A stretch of 52,518 bases of DNA from an uncultured Clostridia bacterium (GCA_947632535.1 CANRPR010000003.1:1-52518), one strand, 5' to 3'; positions 9,236-20,671 are shown, counted from the stretch's first letter. A program made the numbers and translations. Notes: generated by a model not told the origin, from the letters alone.

Positions 9236-9261
9236 TGTCGATTTATAAGATTTTTTCGACT
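9236..9261 (-). promoter_or_regulatory. two Spo0A-box-like heptamers upstream of the spoIIA operon
   Basis: TGTCGAt at 9236-9242 and TTCGACt at 9255-9261, each 6/7 to the 0A box TGTCGAA or its complement, 80-105 nt upstream of the spoIIAA start. Confidence 0.3.
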
Positions 9262-9281
9262 AAATATGACATAGGCATTAT

Positions 9282-9313
9282 AAAAAGAGTATGTTGTACA
9301 ACATACTCTTTTT
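9282..9313. terminator. bidirectional intrinsic terminator after ftsZ
   Basis: AAAAAGAGTATGTTG-TA-CAACATACTCTTTTT, a perfect palindromic stem flanked by an A-run and a T-run. Confidence 0.8.
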
Positions 9314-9324
9314 GAAAATTAATA

Positions 9325-10455
9325 TTATTTATTTAAACCTTTATTCTTTCTTAAAAAGGAAGGAATGTCTAAATCGTTAGAATTATTTGAACTTTCTGTT
9401 GATGCTGGAACTGACTTCATTCGTCCTTCCCAAGCTTTTGTTACAATATTGTTTACATTGTTATTTATTCCTATTGTTGATAATGGTGGTTCTTTTTCAA
9501 ATCCAGTGGCAATTACTGTAATAGATATTTCTTCTCCCATGTTCTCATCTATAACGGCACCAAATATAATGTTGGCTTCTGGATCAACACTGCGTTGAAC
9601 TAATTCAGCAGCTGTATTTACTTCATGTAATCCTAAGTCTGCTCCACCAGTTATGTTTATTATAACACCTCTTGCACCTTCTATTGATGTTTCTAATAAT
9701 GGACTTTGAATTGCTTGTTTTGCAGCATCTTCTGCTCTATTTTCTCCAGTTGCTTGTCCTATACCCATATGTGCCATTCCTGTATTTAACATAATTGTTT
9801 TTACATCTGCGAAGTCTAGGTTTACAAGACCTGGTACTGCAATTAAATCTGATATACCTTGAACACCTTGTCTTAAAACATCGTCTGCCATTTTGAAAGC
9901 ATCTATAATTGATGTTTTTCTATCTATTATTTGAAGTAATTTGTCATTTGGAATTACTACTAATGTATCTACTTTTCCTTTTAAACTTTCTACTCCGCGT
10001 TCTGCTTGAGATAATCTTTTTTTACCTTCAAAAGTAAATGGTTTTGTTACAACTGCTATTGTTAAAATTCCCATTTCTTTTGCAATTCCTGCTACTATAG
10101 GTGCAGCTCCAGTTCCTGTTCCTCCACCCATACCCGCTGTTACAAATACCATATCTGCTCCGCGTATTACTTCTGCTATTTCAGATTTTGTTTCTTCTGC
10201 AGATTGTGCTCCTATATCAGGGTTTGCTCCTGCTCCAAGTCCTCTTGTAATTTTTTCGCCTATTTGAATTTTAGTAGAAGCTTTTGATTCTTGTAATGCT
10301 TGTCTATCTGTATTTACTGAAATAAATTCTACTCCTCTTATTCCTGATTCTATCATTCTATTTACAGCATTATTTCCTGCTCCTCCAACGCCAATTACTT
10401 TTATTGTAGCTGTTCCATCCATCATTCTATTGTCCATTTCATCATAATCCTTCAT
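9325..10455 (-). CDS. ftsZ: cell division protein FtsZ
   Basis: Tubulin signature [25 protein letters not shown]. Confidence 0.98.
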   Translation of the reverse strand: MKDYDEMDNRMMDGTATIKVIGVGGAGNNAVNRMIESGIRGVEFISVNTDRQALQESKASTKIQIGEKITRGLGAGANPDIGAQSAEETKSEIAEVIRGADMVFVTAGMGGGTGTGAAPIVAGIAKEMGILTIAVVTKPFTFEGKKRLSQAERGVESLKGKVDTLVVIPNDKLLQIIDRKTSIIDAFKMADDVLRQGVQGISDLIAVPGLVNLDFADVKTIMLNTGMAHMGIGQATGENRAEDAAKQAIQSPLLETSIEGARGVIINITGGADLGLHEVNTAAELVQRSVDPEANIIFGAVIDENMGEEISITVIATGFEKEPPLSTIGINNNVNNIVTKAWEGRMKSVPASTESSNNSNDLDIPSFLRKNKGLNK

Positions 10456-10502
10456 TATGTTTTCCTCCCTAATTTTTATAATTTTTTATTTAATAACTAT
10501 TT

Positions 10503-11747
10503 TTATGAATAAAAGAAATCTTTTATTTTTTCTATTATATTTTTTATTAAGCCTTCTTCTGATTTCATATCTATACTGCTTGACACAGTTTTCGTAAATG
10601 GTTTTGCAGCAATATATCTAACTAATGAATATGCTACTCTATAATTTGGTCTTACTGTATTCATTAATCGTCCTGTTGATATTTTGACTGGAATGTTTAA
10701 GATTATTTTTCCAGCTACATCACTTTTACTGATGTTTACAATTCCTTGACCTGTTAGTACTACTTTATTTATTCTGGATTTAACACCTTGGTTTGTAATA
10801 TCTCTATTTACTAATGAGAATATTTCTTCAATTCTTGCCTCTATAATTTCGATCAACTCTGAACTCTTAATTGCTTTACTTTTGTTGTCTCCTTTATATG
10901 TATTTAATATAATGTCATTGTCGTTATCTATATATGATTTTAATGCTAGTCCATATTGTCTTTTTAATTTATCTGCTTCTTCTTCAGATACTTGCAAAAC
11001 AATTGAAATGTCTTGTGTGATGTTGTTTCCTCCTAATGGAATTGTATTGGTATATATAAATGAATCACCTTCAAATATTCCAATATCAGTATTTCCTGCA
11101 CCTACATCTATTATCATGATGTTATCATTTAATTCATTTGCATCAAGTGTTAAGTTTTTTTCTGCCAAAGTTATTGGTACAATACCATCTACTTCGATTC
11201 CAGCTTTTTTGAAAATAGAGTTTAGCTGTTTTACATAGTCTTTTTGAGCTAAAACTATTTGTGCATTTAATGTAAATTCTGAACTTAAATTTCCTACTGG
11301 GTCTTCCATTACTTTTCCGTCTTTTAATATAAATTTATTAGGTACAATATCTATTATTGTTTTTCCATCTGGTACTTCTATATCTCTTACTTGCATCATA
11401 GCTGATGCAACATCTCTTACAGCAATACCCGAATATTTATCTTTTAGTTCCTTTGTTATACTATTCTGGACAATTGTTGCATATTTACCTGGCATGGTAA
11501 CATATGCAGAGTTTATCTTTAAATTCACTTCTTCTTCAGCTTCTTGAATTGTTTTAGCCACAGCTAGAGCAACTTCTTCTTCGTTTATTATTTTTCCTTT
11601 TTTTATGCCACTACATTTACAATTAGTAGCACACATGATTTCTATTTGATTGAAATTGTTTACTTCTCCTACAACAGTAGATACTTTAGAAGTTCCAATA
11701 TCAATTCCAACAATTATATCTCCTATTGCCAAAGTTGACTCCTCCAT
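10503..11747 (-). CDS. ftsA: cell division protein FtsA
   Basis: Actin-fold ATPase (VGIDIGTSKV, DVGAGNTDI) directly upstream of ftsZ. Confidence 0.95.
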   Translation of the reverse strand: MEESTLAIGDIIVGIDIGTSKVSTVVGEVNNFNQIEIMCATNCKCSGIKKGKIINEEEVALAVAKTIQEAEEEVNLKINSAYVTMPGKYATIVQNSITKELKDKYSGIAVRDVASAMMQVRDIEVPDGKTIIDIVPNKFILKDGKVMEDPVGNLSSEFTLNAQIVLAQKDYVKQLNSIFKKAGIEVDGIVPITLAEKNLTLDANELNDNIMIIDVGAGNTDIGIFEGDSFIYTNTIPLGGNNITQDISIVLQVSEEEADKLKRQYGLALKSYIDNDNDIILNTYKGDNKSKAIKSSELIEIIEARIEEIFSLVNRDITNQGVKSRINKVVLTGQGIVNISKSDVAGKIILNIPVKISTGRLMNTVRPNYRVAYSLVRYIAAKPFTKTVSSSIDMKSEEGLIKNIIEKIKDFFYS

Positions 11748-11834
11748 TTTCCCTGAATTTTTGTTATGCTAAGAATATTATATTTTGATAAAAATGTCAA
11801 TAGATTTTGTAATATTTTTGTAATATTTTTGTAT

Positions 11835-12224
11835 TCATTTTGTAATATTGTCTTGTTTGTCGTTTTCATTCTTTTTTGCAAGTTTATTTGTCCATTTATC
11901 TATATAATATCTTCTAATAATTGCTAAGTTTGTAAACATTCTTCCAACAAAAACTACAATTGCTGCAAGATATATATCTACATTTAGCCTTTCTCCTAAA
12001 TATGTTAATGCAATTGATAAAATCGCATTTCCAAAAAAACCTGATACAAATATTTTTAAATCAAAATTTCCCTTTAGTACAGAAGTAATTCCTCCAAAAA
12101 CAGAATCTAAAGCTGCAATTATTGAAATTGCTAAATATCCAGACATTGTATATGGAATTACTGGTGCATTCATTCCTAATAATGCTCCTATTATACATCC
12201 TACTAATATAGCTATGAATATCAT
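11835..12224 (-). CDS. sbp: small basic protein (DUF1290)
   Basis: About 129-aa, four-TM protein between the DUF881 genes and ftsA, as in the B. subtilis ylxW-ylxX-sbp-ftsA order. Start at ATG 12224 after GAGGGGGAG. Confidence 0.75.
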   Translation of the reverse strand: MIFIAILVGCIIGALLGMNAPVIPYTMSGYLAISIIAALDSVFGGITSVLKGNFDLKIFVSGFFGNAILSIALTYLGERLNVDIYLAAIVVFVGRMFTNLAIIRRYYIDKWTNKLAKKNENDKQDNITK

Positions 12225-12225
12225 T

Positions 12226-12936
12226 TTACTCCCCCTCATCATTTAAATACTTTACATTTAATTCTTTGTTATATTTATATATTTTTATATTATTTTCTCT
12301 TTCCAATGTTACTTTCTTTCCTGACCTTATCATTGTATCTATGTATCCAGTTGTTTTTGTATTTAATGCACTTTCTAAATATTTCTGATCCCCTATTGCC
12401 TTTACAACATATGGAGATGCTACTTTTTCTGTATTAACTAAAATCGCATCTGTATCTACAATTTCTGTCATATTGATAACTCTTATATCATTAATGCTAA
12501 TTGCTTCTGCTCCTGCTAGTCTTAATGCTTCTACTAAATCTCGTAAGTTTAGTGATGTTATAATTCCATCCTCACTATCATTATCGTCTTCCAAAGTAAC
12601 AACTACTCCTGCTCCTTTTACATCTGTAATTCCAACTAGTTGTCTTGCTTGTTCAAGTTCTTTTTCCACTAGTTCTGTAGTTTCTTGATTAGCTATTTTC
12701 CTTTCATTGTATTCTTCCAATCTCTGCTTAGATTCAGTTAGTTTTTGTTCTACATCTTCATATTTTTCGGTCCAACTGGCTAACTTTTCTCTTAAATCAC
12801 TTTCTCTGGCATTTTCTATTTGTGTAATATCTGTTTCTTCTACTACTTTAAACTGCATAAACATTACATATGTTAGTACAAAGCATATCAAGCCTATTGT
12901 AACAGTCATAATTATTTCACCTTTTTTTGCTTTCAT
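12226..12936 (-). CDS. DUF881 domain protein (YlxX/YlxW-like division-associated)
   Basis: TM anchor, coiled coil, and a C-terminal DUF881-like region (GAGVVVTLED ... LRLAGAEAISINDIRV). Start at ATG 12936 after GGAGGA. Confidence 0.75.
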   Translation of the reverse strand: MKAKKGEIIMTVTIGLICFVLTYVMFMQFKVVEETDITQIENARESDLREKLASWTEKYEDVEQKLTESKQRLEEYNERKIANQETTELVEKELEQARQLVGITDVKGAGVVVTLEDDNDSEDGIITSLNLRDLVEALRLAGAEAISINDIRVINMTEIVDTDAILVNTEKVASPYVVKAIGDQKYLESALNTKTTGYIDTMIRSGKKVTLERENNIKIYKYNKELNVKYLNDEGE

Positions 12937-12963
12937 GTGAATTCCTCCAAACTTATTCATTTA

Positions 12964-13671
12964 TTACTGCTCTTTTAAAAATTTCGTTGTTAATACTCCA
13001 TTATACTTTGGTATTTCAACTTCACTACTCTTTTTTATTTCATGTGGAATCATACAATATTCTTCCATGTAATTCAAATAACTTCCTGGTCTATCTATAC
13101 TAAGTAAAACATTTTGATTACCAATTGCCTTGATTTCGAATGGACTACCTACTTTTTCTCCATTTATTTGTATTACACTTCCAACACATGTAATTGCAGA
13201 TGTTTGCACTATTCTTTGGCCATTAATACTAATTGCCTCTGCTCCCGAATTTTTTAGTTCATTTACAATATCTCTTAAGTCTGCATCATGTATAATATCA
13301 TTATTGGCTGTTATCATACTACCTTCTGTATTATCTTTTATAGTTATTATTATTCCTTCTCCTACAACATCTGTTAGTCCCAAGTATGTATTAATTTTCT
13401 TAAGTTCTTCTTGATTTTTTTGAGATTGTTCATTGTTATTTGTACTTTCTGTTCTTATTTTTTCTAGTTGTTTTTCAATTGTTTCTAATTCTGCATATTT
13501 CCTATCATATTCTTCTTTTGCTCGTAGAACTTGGTCTCTTAATTTGTTTTCTGTTTCTGTTTTTCCAGCTGAGCTAATAGCATTTGTTATAGTATTTAAT
13601 TGTACGCTTATTGCATATGCAAGTACTATGCACATAATTCCTAATGTAATGGCAATTCTTTTCTTGTTCAT
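12964..13671 (-). CDS. DUF881 domain protein (YlxW/YlxX-like)
   Basis: Paralog of the preceding gene (GEGIIITIKD ... LKNSGAEAISINGQRI). Synteny with divIB upstream. Confidence 0.75.
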   Translation of the reverse strand: MNKKRIAITLGIMCIVLAYAISVQLNTITNAISSAGKTETENKLRDQVLRAKEEYDRKYAELETIEKQLEKIRTESTNNNEQSQKNQEELKKINTYLGLTDVVGEGIIITIKDNTEGSMITANNDIIHDADLRDIVNELKNSGAEAISINGQRIVQTSAITCVGSVIQINGEKVGSPFEIKAIGNQNVLLSIDRPGSYLNYMEEYCMIPHEIKKSSEVEIPKYNGVLTTKFLKEQ

Positions 13672-13686
13672 TTTACATTACTCTCC

Positions 13687-14589
13687 TTATTCTTCAAATT
13701 GAAATACTACTTTTCCATTTTTTGTTGCATCATTGGCTAAAATTTTTCCTTCGATTCCTTCTTCTCTCTCAATAATAGCTTTTGAATATAGCAATTTGTT
13801 ACTTAAATTTGAATCATTTCCTAAGTGAATCGTTTTCTTTTTTTCATCCATTCTTATAATATAATCATTAGAATTTGCAATGTCAATATATGTAATAAAT
13901 TCACCTATTGAAATTCCATTTGCTATATCTATAATTTTCAAAACACTACCTAGTTTGTTTAAATCCTCTGAGTTAAGTCTGTTACCTGGTTTTATATTTT
14001 CCTCTTCAGTAGATATCGACTTTATTATAGGAGCTTTTATTGGTTCTTTTGATATTTCTAAAATGTATCCTTGGTTATTTAAATACGCATAACTTCCTGC
14101 ATATTCTATCATTAATGTTGGTGTTCTTTCTTCAATTATTAATTGAATTTTATCTGGTAGTTCTCTTACTACTTCTACTTTCTCTACATATGGCTCTTTT
14201 TTTATATTCTGTACTACTTTGTTTTTTATTATTTTAAATGTGTTTTCTCCTATAATTATTTCAGATAAACTGATATATGTATCACTACTAATTTTATTAT
14301 TATTTATAACTTTTACTTCTGTGATATTGAATATTGGTGATAAAAGGAATAATATTATCGCTGTTATGAACACTCCTGTTAGTAATATGCATGTAATAAC
14401 TTTTTTAGCTTTGCTGTTTTTTAATTTTGGCTTGTCCTTTTTTTTCTTCTTTTTCTTAATTTTTTTCTTGCTGGTTTGATTCTCTGGATTTACTGTTACA
14501 CCAATTACAATCTCATTATCAAAATCAAATTTATCATTTTTTTTCTGGGCAGATTTTTTCTTATCTGCCCTTTTTTTATTTTTTGCCAT
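13687..14589 (-). CDS. divIB: cell division protein DivIB/FtsQ (POTRA)
   Basis: Lys-rich cytoplasmic tail, single TM, POTRA-like segment (ITEVKVINNNKISSDTY). Lies between murA and ylxW/X-sbp-ftsA. Confidence 0.75.
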   Translation of the reverse strand: MAKNKKRADKKKSAQKKNDKFDFDNEIVIGVTVNPENQTSKKKIKKKKKKKDKPKLKNSKAKKVITCILLTGVFITAIILFLLSPIFNITEVKVINNNKISSDTYISLSEIIIGENTFKIIKNKVVQNIKKEPYVEKVEVVRELPDKIQLIIEERTPTLMIEYAGSYAYLNNQGYILEISKEPIKAPIIKSISTEEENIKPGNRLNSEDLNKLGSVLKIIDIANGISIGEFITYIDIANSNDYIIRMDEKKKTIHLGNDSNLSNKLLYSKAIIEREEGIEGKILANDATKNGKVVFQFEE

Positions 14590-15847
14590 CTACTCACCTT
14601 CTTTTATAATGATGTTTGCTCCTAGACTAGATAGTTTTTGCTCTAATTTACTATATCCTCTTAATATATATTCTATATGCTCTACTTTCGTTGTTCCTTT
14701 TGCTACTAATCCCGCTAAAACTAATGCAGCTCCACCTCGTAAATCTGTAGCTTTTACATTTGTTGCATTTAGCTTTCTTACTCCCTTAATAACTGCCGTT
14801 CTTCCTTCTATTACAAATTTTGCTCCCATCTTTTTCAATTCATTTGAATATTTATATCTACTTTCAAAAATATTTTCTATTACTACTGAAGTTCCCTTTG
14901 CTGTAGATAACATACTACAAAATACTGACTGCATATCTGTTGGGAAACCAGGATACGGCATTGTTTTTATATTAACTGCTTTTAGTTTTTTTGGTGCTTT
15001 TAAATACACTTGATTTTTTCCTATTTGTATTTCACAACCACATTCTCTTAATTTGTCTAATACTGGTGATAGATGTTCTGGTATTATTTTCTTTAGAATT
15101 ACCTCTCCTCCTGTAGCTGCCACGAAGCATAATATTGTACCTGCTTCTATTCTGTCTGGTATAATTGTATAGCTAACATTTTTTAGTTTTTTTACACCTG
15201 TTATTATTATTTCACTGGTACCTGCTCCTCTTATATTCGCTCCCATTTTGTTCAAAAAGTTTTGTAAATCCACTATTTCTGGTTCCATTGCTGCATTTGT
15301 TATTATAGTATCTCCTTCTGCAAAAACGGCTGCTAACATTGTATTCTCAGTTGCTCCAACACTTGGAAAATCTAATTGTATTTTTCCGCCCTATTATTTT
15401 ATCACATTTACATTCAATAAATCCAGAGTTTTCTTGTATTTTTATACCTAAATTTTGAAATGCTTTTAAGTGTAGGTCTATAGGCCTAGAACCAATATCA
15501 CATCCACCTGGATATGAAAATCTAACATTTTTGAATCTGCCTAAAATTGCTCCCGCAATAATTACTGAAGACCTCATTTCGCTCATTAATTCTTCTGGTA
15601 TTTCTTTTAAATTAATTTCTCTCGAATCTATTACAACTTTATCCTTATGTTTTTTTACTTTGCAACCTATTTTGGTTAGTATTTTTAATGTTACATTTGT
15701 ATCTTTTATTTCTGGAATATTGTATAATTTTGTTATTCCATTATTTAGTATTGTAGCAGCAAGAATTGGTAGTGCAGCGTTTTTGGAACCCGATGCATAT
15801 GTTTCTCCTATTAACTTTCTTCCGCCCTCTATTATGTACATTGACAT
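14590..15847 (-). pseudogene. murA: UDP-N-acetylglucosamine 1-carboxyvinyltransferase, interrupted by a single frameshift
   Basis: ORFs 15347-15847 (N-terminal part, includes the catalytic YPGGCDIGSRPIDLH) and 14590-15339 (C-terminal part) together make one MurA. The frames join at ...DKIIGRK|IQLDFPSVGATEN if one base is removed from the A5 run (T5 at 15381-15385). Confidence 0.85.
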
Positions 15848-15921
15848 TAAAATTCACCCTCCTTTATGCTTATATATTATGCTAACTGGGTGAATTATGT
15901 GAATTTTACATATTAACTATA

Positions 15922-16824
15922 TTATTTCATTATATTATAAAAATTTTCAAATCTGTAACCTTTTTCTCTCAGGTATGCAATTACATCTGGCAAAGTTTCA
16001 TATGTCAATATTTTATCACTTGCATCGTGCATTAATATTACCACACAATTTTTTTCTCCAACTGTTTGTTTTATGTTATCTATTAATGCTTCTTTTGTTT
16101 TTGCACCTGCAGCATCTTGACTTAATGCATTCCAATCTACATAGCTAATTCCATTGTCCTGCAATGCTCCTTTTATTTCATTTTTTATATTGCGATATCT
16201 TCCACCTGTTGATCCTCCTGGAAATCTAAATAAATGTCCATCGTAGTCTATACCTAATGCATTTTTTATGACATTTTGTGTTCGATAATATTCGTCTAAA
16301 GTTGCTTGAACAGATGCATATATACTTTGATATGAATGAGTATATCCATGGTTTGCAATATAATGTCCTTCTTTGTATTCTCTTTTTACTATATCTGGAT
16401 ATAATTCCACTCTATTTCCTAATACAAAAAATGTTGCTTTTATATTTTCGTTTTTTAGCAAGTCAAGAATTAGTGGTGTTACAGATTTTGATGGTCCATC
16501 ATCAAATGTTAAATATGCTATTTTTTCTGAAGAATGATATATATTGTTCATTCCTTGTTTTGCATTTTCAGTATAATTTGGCAAGAAATTTACTACTGAA
16601 ATGTGCTTATTTTTGTGATTTGTATTATTTTCGATGTCACTTTCATTTGTAGATATTTCTATGTTTTCTTTTGTATTATTTGAGTTATTTTTCTTAATAA
16701 TTATAAATAGCCCTATTAGCAATATTAAAACTAATATTGCTAATATTGATGCTATTATAATTTTAAATTTTTTATTTTTTGGTTTTACTTCTAATACATC
16801 ATATATATCATACATATTATACAT
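15922..16824 (-). CDS. polysaccharide deacetylase (NodB domain), membrane anchored
   Basis: NodB motifs YLTFDDGP and NHGYTH. N-terminal TM helix. Confidence 0.8.
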   Translation of the reverse strand: MYNMYDIYDVLEVKPKNKKFKIIIASILAILVLILLIGLFIIIKKNNSNNTKENIEISTNESDIENNTNHKNKHISVVNFLPNYTENAKQGMNNIYHSSEKIAYLTFDDGPSKSVTPLILDLLKNENIKATFFVLGNRVELYPDIVKREYKEGHYIANHGYTHSYQSIYASVQATLDEYYRTQNVIKNALGIDYDGHLFRFPGGSTGGRYRNIKNEIKGALQDNGISYVDWNALSQDAAGAKTKEALIDNIKQTVGEKNCVVILMHDASDKILTYETLPDVIAYLREKGYRFENFYNIMK

Positions 16825-16830
16825 TTCCTT

Positions 16831-18474
<1,644 letters not shown>

Positions 18475-18492
18475 TTACCGCTTTTGTAAAAT

Positions 18493-18544
18493 AAAAAAAA
18501 TAGATTAACAAAAAACCGGAAAATTTGGTTTTTTTTTAATCTAT
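18493..18544 (-). terminator. strong intrinsic terminator between mbl and pyrG (mbl terminator and/or pyrG leader attenuator)
   Basis: Minus-strand RNA UAGAUUAAAAAAAAACC-loop-GGUUUUUUGUUAAUCUA followed by U8 (A8 at 18493-18500). Confidence 0.7.
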
Positions 18545-18604
18545 CAAAATATATTTATATTTTACCATGAAAAAAAACACTTTGCAACATTTTTCTTCAT
18601 TTTT

Positions 18605-19603
18605 TTATGCATGACCTTCTAACTGGTCTAAATTGTCTAAAGCTTTTCCTGTTCCTAAAGCCACACATGATACACTGTCTTGTGCTATCATAACATTTAT
18701 TCCTGTTTTTTCTTGCAACAGTTTATCTAATCCATCTACTAAACATCCGCCACCAGTCATATATATTCCTCTATCGCTAATATCTGCTGCTAATTCTGGA
18801 GGTGTTTTTTCTAATACTGAATGAACAGCATCTACTATCATCATTGCTGGTTCTGTTAATGCTTCCATCATTTCACTAGAGTGAATTGTTAGAGTTTTTG
18901 GTAATCCTGTAGTTAAATCTCTTCCTCTTATATCCATTTCCACATCTTGTATTTTAGGATATACACAACCTATATTTACTTTTAAATCTTCTGCTGTTCT
19001 TTCTCCTATTATTAGATTGTGTTTCCTTTTTATGAATTTTACAATTGCCTCGTCAAATTTATCTCCAGCTATTTTTAGAGATGTACTAACAACTGATCCT
19101 CCTAATGATATAACTGCAACATCTGTTGTTCCTCCACCTATATCTACTATCATATTTCCACATGGTTTTGATATATCTATTCCAGCACCTATCGCTGCTG
19201 CTATTGGCTCTTCTATTAAGTATACTCTCCTTGCACCTGCTTTTGATGCTGCATCTATAACTGCTTTTTTTTCTACTTCTGTAACACGAGATGGTATACA
19301 AATCATAATTCTTGGTGCAAAAATAAATTTTCCGCATACTTTATTTATAAAATGTTTTAACATTTTTTCTGTAACAGTATAATCTGAAATAACCCCGTCT
19401 TTTAGAGGTCTTATTGCAACAATATTTCCTGGTGTTCTACCTAGCATTCTTCTTGCTTCTTGACCAACAGCTAAAACATCTCCTGTTATATTGTCTATAG
19501 CAACAACAGAAGGTTCTCTTAAAACGATTCCTTTACCTTTTACATATGCAATTACTGTTGCAGTTCCCAAATCTATTCCTATATCTTGACCAAATCCAAA
19601 CAA
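18605..19603 (-). CDS. mbl: MreB/Mbl family rod-shape protein
   Basis: DIGIDLGTATVIAYV and DIGGGTTDVAVISLGG actin-fold motifs. TTG start at 19603. Confidence 0.9.
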   Translation of the reverse strand: MFGFGQDIGIDLGTATVIAYVKGKGIVLREPSVVAIDNITGDVLAVGQEARRMLGRTPGNIVAIRPLKDGVISDYTVTEKMLKHFINKVCGKFIFAPRIMICIPSRVTEVEKKAVIDAASKAGARRVYLIEEPIAAAIGAGIDISKPCGNMIVDIGGGTTDVAVISLGGSVVSTSLKIAGDKFDEAIVKFIKRKHNLIIGERTAEDLKVNIGCVYPKIQDVEMDIRGRDLTTGLPKTLTIHSSEMMEALTEPAMMIVDAVHSVLEKTPPELAADISDRGIYMTGGGCLVDGLDKLLQEKTGINVMIAQDSVSCVALGTGKALDNLDQLEGHA

Positions 19604-19951
19604 TTATTATCTTTCCTTCCCTATATAGTATGTTACATTTTCGTTACAATTATATTACAATGTTTGTAAAATTTCAACCTATTTTTAGATTTTTTTTGAA
19701 GACTTGGTATATATCTTTTATTATTAATATTATAGTCTTGGACTTTCGCTATTTTGCTACTTGAACAAGACTACTTTTTATGTGTTTATGGCATATGCTA
19801 TGCCAAAGGAATCAAACCTCTTTGATACAAATCCATTGTTATACATTTTTGAACATATCCTCGGTAGTACCCTTAAGTAGCTACCCATCTGGGACAGAAA
19901 TTTTAATTTCTTCAAACGAATACAAATTTTATTCGCTAGTGTATCGAAGTG

Positions 19952-20112
19952 CTAGAACGTGAGCACCGGGCGGAACCCATTATTGTTCCACGCATTGCCA
20001 TTATTCGCATTCGAATTCAACACGCCTGCATTAGCTCTATCATTGCAATTGCCACCGCGATTCAAGAACGATCTGCTAGCTTATTACCGGCTTAATCCCT
20101 ATAATGTTTGGT
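19952..20112 (-). other. non-coding, Asn-codon-saturated remnant of a C-type-lectin/FGE-fold C-terminus; resembles a DGR template repeat
   Basis: Own minus-strand translation gives ASRSFLNRGGNCNDRANAGVLNSNANNGNAWNNNGFRPVLTF*. It is preceded in frame by TAA TAA and has no start. An upstream piece, IIGIKPVIS*, is in another frame. Twelve Asn codons (11 AAT, 1 AAC). Visibly GC-richer than its AT-rich flanks. Confidence 0.5.
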
Positions 20113-20355
20113 ATTTATATACTAATGTATTATAATTTTATAAATTTGTTTTAAAAAAATATTCGGTTTGTTCCGACTATTTTTTAATTTTTCTATTTTG
20201 TTATTAATATGTGTCAAAATCTGTGTTTTATGCATTACATTCTATCTAAAAATTACCAGTTTAAAAAAATATTTTTCGCACATCATATTTATTGAAAAAG
20301 CAAAGAATGTTTTTTCATAATGCAAAATTACAATTTACCAGGAGGTGAAATAATA

Positions 20356-20562
20356 ATGGCATCAAATAATAGTAATATAAAAGCTGTTCCAGAAGCTATG
20401 GACGCTTTAGAAAAATTCAAATATGAAGTAGCTAGCGAAGTTGGTGTAACTTTAAAGGATGGTTACAATGGAAATATATCAGCTAGAGACGCTGGTAGAA
20501 TCGGTGGTAACATGGTAAGAAAGTTAATACAACAAGCTGAAAACCAAATGATTGGTAAATAG
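20356..20562 (+). CDS. alpha/beta-type small acid-soluble spore protein
   Basis: 68 aa with LEKFKYEVASEVGV and GGNMVRKLIQQAE SASP signatures. GGAGGTG RBS before ATG 20356. Confidence 0.92.
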   Translation: MASNNSNIKAVPEAMDALEKFKYEVASEVGVTLKDGYNGNISARDAGRIGGNMVRKLIQQAENQMIGK

Positions 20563-20621
20563 TTTGTAATATAACTATAGTGCTATAATAAGACAGGAAT
20601 ATTATTTTGCTTTTTTATACA

Positions 20622-20654
20622 TAAAAAGGCAGGATTGTGTTCCTGCCTTTTTTC
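20622..20654. terminator. bidirectional intrinsic terminator (SASP gene / XRE gene)
   Basis: AAAAGGCAGGA-ttgtgt-TCCTGCCTTTT with flanking A and T runs. Confidence 0.85.
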
Positions 20655-20671
20655 ACTAAAATCAACATATT

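Noticed and set aside
19733-19752. GCGAAAGTCCAAG on the minus strand resembling the RNase P RNA P4 motif (GAGGAAAGUCC)
   Set aside because: An RNase P RNA starting here would have to run into the mbl coding sequence. No other conserved RNase P blocks were seen, and the match is short and imperfect.
19780-20110. GC-rich island first considered as a riboswitch, 6S RNA or SRP RNA
   Set aside because: No diagnostic motifs were found (B12 box, T-box, SRP GGAA domain and so on). Translation revealed a CLec-fold C-terminal remnant with Asn saturation, which explains the composition better (see findings).
19952-20112. Treating 19952-20112 and 51108-51225 as a cognate DGR TR/VR pair
   Set aside because: They differ at many non-adenine positions, mostly synonymous third positions. 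That is incompatible with adenine-specific mutagenic homing between these two copies. They are related family members only.
20221-20355. Sigma-G/sigma-F type promoter upstream of the SASP gene
   Set aside because: This is expected biologically, but I could not find a convincing GnATA, 17-18 nt, CATnnTA arrangement by eye. It is left unannotated.
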